The notes under the pieces were generated by a model. The model made no database searches, was not told the DNA's origin, and saw nothing but the letters and a program-made list of their open reading frames with translations. 64,000 nt of DNA from Mizuhopecten yessoensis (Eukaryota), in the NCBI RefSeq assembly GCF_002113885.1, contig NW_018479965.1:1-64000 (forward strand), in the 5' to 3' direction. The position numbers were made by a program, and so were the translations under genes. Shown here piece by piece: positions 62,362 through 64,000 of this stretch. The number at the start of each line of letters is the position of its first letter. The stretch's first letter is position 1.

Positions 62362-64000
62362 ATGGCTAGCTATGTAGAGGATGATGTTCTCAGTCCATTA
62401 GAGGATGTCGAGGAAACTGTTAGCCAGAGAGGGGACGGGTCGTACCATGGTCGTACAAGCCCTATGACACCAGGGATAAAAAGGCATGTCCATTATTCAA
62501 AATCTACACCTCGTAGACCTAGGGACTCTGGTATTGCATCGAGTGATAGAACTAGAGGGGAATATACACAGCACATAGATGTTCCCAGGCTATCCTCAGA
62601 TATGGCTGTTGATAAGGTTGAGGATGAAATCAGACAAATGAGGGCTGAGTTGTCTAGGTTACAGACAAAGAGTGAAGGTATTCTAAAACCGTCTCCAACT
62701 ACAAGGCCATATACTGAAAGGAAATTGGACCACCCCAGAGAGAGAGCCCGTTCAAGAACAGAGCAGCTCCCTGACTATGTTGGTGACATTGATGGAGGTG
62801 GTCGAGATTGGGTGACACAAAGGAACTCTCAGAGACGTCGCAGGAGGCCAGTATATGAGCATGACAGCGGTAGTGAGGATGATGAAGAACAAGAGTATTC
62901 CAGAAAACCACGCAACACTCCAATGAAGGTCAGACATGTGAAGGCTGCAACATATGATGGTTCCACCTCATGGGTTGACTACAAATCTCATTTTGAGACT
63001 TGTTCCCGTATCAACAACTGGTCGGATTATGAAAAGGGTCTTTATTTGGCTGTTGCACTCAGAGGTCAAGCACAAGGCATCCTTGGGGACCTGGCCATAT
63101 CAAAGCAAGAAGACTATAAGTCCCTGGTCAGCGCATTAGAAGAACGTTTTGCTCCTCCTAACCAAACAGAGTTATACCGGGTTCAACTCTTAGAGAGGCG
63201 ACAGAAAGCAGCGGAAAGTCTGCCAGAGCTGGGACAAGCCATTAGACGGCTCGTAAACCTGGCATACCCGACAGTGCCCAGTGATGTGCGGGATACCTTG
63301 GCTAAGCAGCAATTCATTGAGGCTCTAGCTGATTCAGACATGAGAATTAGGATAAAACAAGGTAGACCTCAAACTCTGACAGACACTATACGGCTAGCTG
63401 TGGAACTGGAGGCCTACACTCGAGCTGAAAAGAAATGGAGTGATGGTAAAGCTCATCTGAGATCCACAAACACAGAGGACAGTCCTACTACAGAGAAGGC
63501 TAGTGTGACTACAGAGAAAGCTAGTCAGAACTCTGATATGTCTAGTCTATTAAAAGGCATACAACAGCAACTACAGTCCTTACAAGATGAGGTAGTGAAG
63601 CTGAAAGGAAGTAATAGGAATTCAAGTCAGCAAAGACCAAATAAAGACAAGGCTAGTCGAAAAACTTGCTACTATTGCAATGAGGAGGGTCATTTTCGCA
63701 GGAATTGCCCGAAGTTGAAAAATCAGGCAACCACTGACAATGGAGCAGATAAGCCAGTGGCGAAGCGAGTTAGAACTCGGAGAAGACGGAAACAGACTGA
63801 ACAGAAGGCTAATATAGGAGTCTCATCAGCTGTTCATGAAGCTGGCATGTATATTAAGACTGACATACATGGTGCCAAGGCAAAGTTGTTGGTCGATACA
63901 GGGGCAACCATAACTTTGATTTCTGAAGATCTGTATAACCACATTTCTCCGGCGGCTAGACCCGAGTTAAAGCAGATAAGTAAAGAGGTCTTGACAGCAA
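62362..64000 (+). CDS. Ty3/Gypsy gag-protease polyprotein, open to the window end
   Basis: ATG at 62362; KAATYDGSTSWVDYKSHFE, KGLYLAVALRGQA, knuckle CYYCNEEGHFRRNC, aspartic protease LLVDTGAT; no stop seen. Confidence 0.92.
   Translation, partial: MASYVEDDVLSPLEDVEETVSQRGDGSYHGRTSPMTPGIKRHVHYSKSTPRRPRDSGIASSDRTRGEYTQHIDVPRLSSDMAVDKVEDEIRQMRAELSRLQTKSEGILKPSPTTRPYTERKLDHPRERARSRTEQLPDYVGDIDGGGRDWVTQRNSQRRRRRPVYEHDSGSEDDEEQEYSRKPRNTPMKVRHVKAATYDGSTSWVDYKSHFETCSRINNWSDYEKGLYLAVALRGQAQGILGDLAISKQEDYKSLVSALEERFAPPNQTELYRVQLLERRQKAAESLPELGQAIRRLVNLAYPTVPSDVRDTLAKQQFIEALADSDMRIRIKQGRPQTLTDTIRLAVELEAYTRAEKKWSDGKAHLRSTNTEDSPTTEKASVTTEKASQNSDMSSLLKGIQQQLQSLQDEVVKLKGSNRNSSQQRPNKDKASRKTCYYCNEEGHFRRNCPKLKNQATTDNGADKPVAKRVRTRRRRKQTEQKANIGVSSAVHEAGMYIKTDIHGAKAKLLVDTGATITLISEDLYNHISPAARPELKQISKEVLTA

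Overview
AT-rich, intron-rich animal DNA, most likely a mollusc and probably a bivalve (inferred from the repeat types). I rebuilt five spliced host genes by hand, each with phase-consistent splice sites. (1) Minus strand, 5211 to <1: myristoylation-type start MGGRGSK, a RHIM-like motif and what looks like the start of a FAM111/trypsin-like protease, with IRF, NF-kB and AP-1 sites upstream. (2) FAXC/failed-axon-connections homologue (+, 15323-25412). (3) PhyH-family Fe/2OG dioxygenase (-, 27330-33053). (4) Secreted protein with two LU domains, a Pro/Thr mucin region and a ShKT domain (-, 37496-44272). (5) Head-to-head with gene 4, a secreted HEXXH...EYWAE zinc metallopeptidase of bacterial ATLF/PPEP/MtfA type (+, 47114-54376). 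The mobile elements include a young, apparently intact PAT-like DIRS retrotransposon (17234-22033) inserted into an L2 LINE within a FAXC intron, a decayed CR1-type LINE with a 2A peptide, HINEs, SINEs, MITEs and a Penelope remnant. A 5'-inverted I/Nimb LINE is interrupted by a 1.6-kb IS3EU-like foldback element and by a Ty3/Gypsy LTR element. The most novel-looking signals are a co-varying four-hairpin RNA array ahead of the ATG-less DIRS recombinase, the myristoyl-RHIM-protease gene, the protease/Pro-Pro-mucin gene pair, and a ladder of in-frame duplicated splice donors. All calls come from manual reading; no database searches were run.
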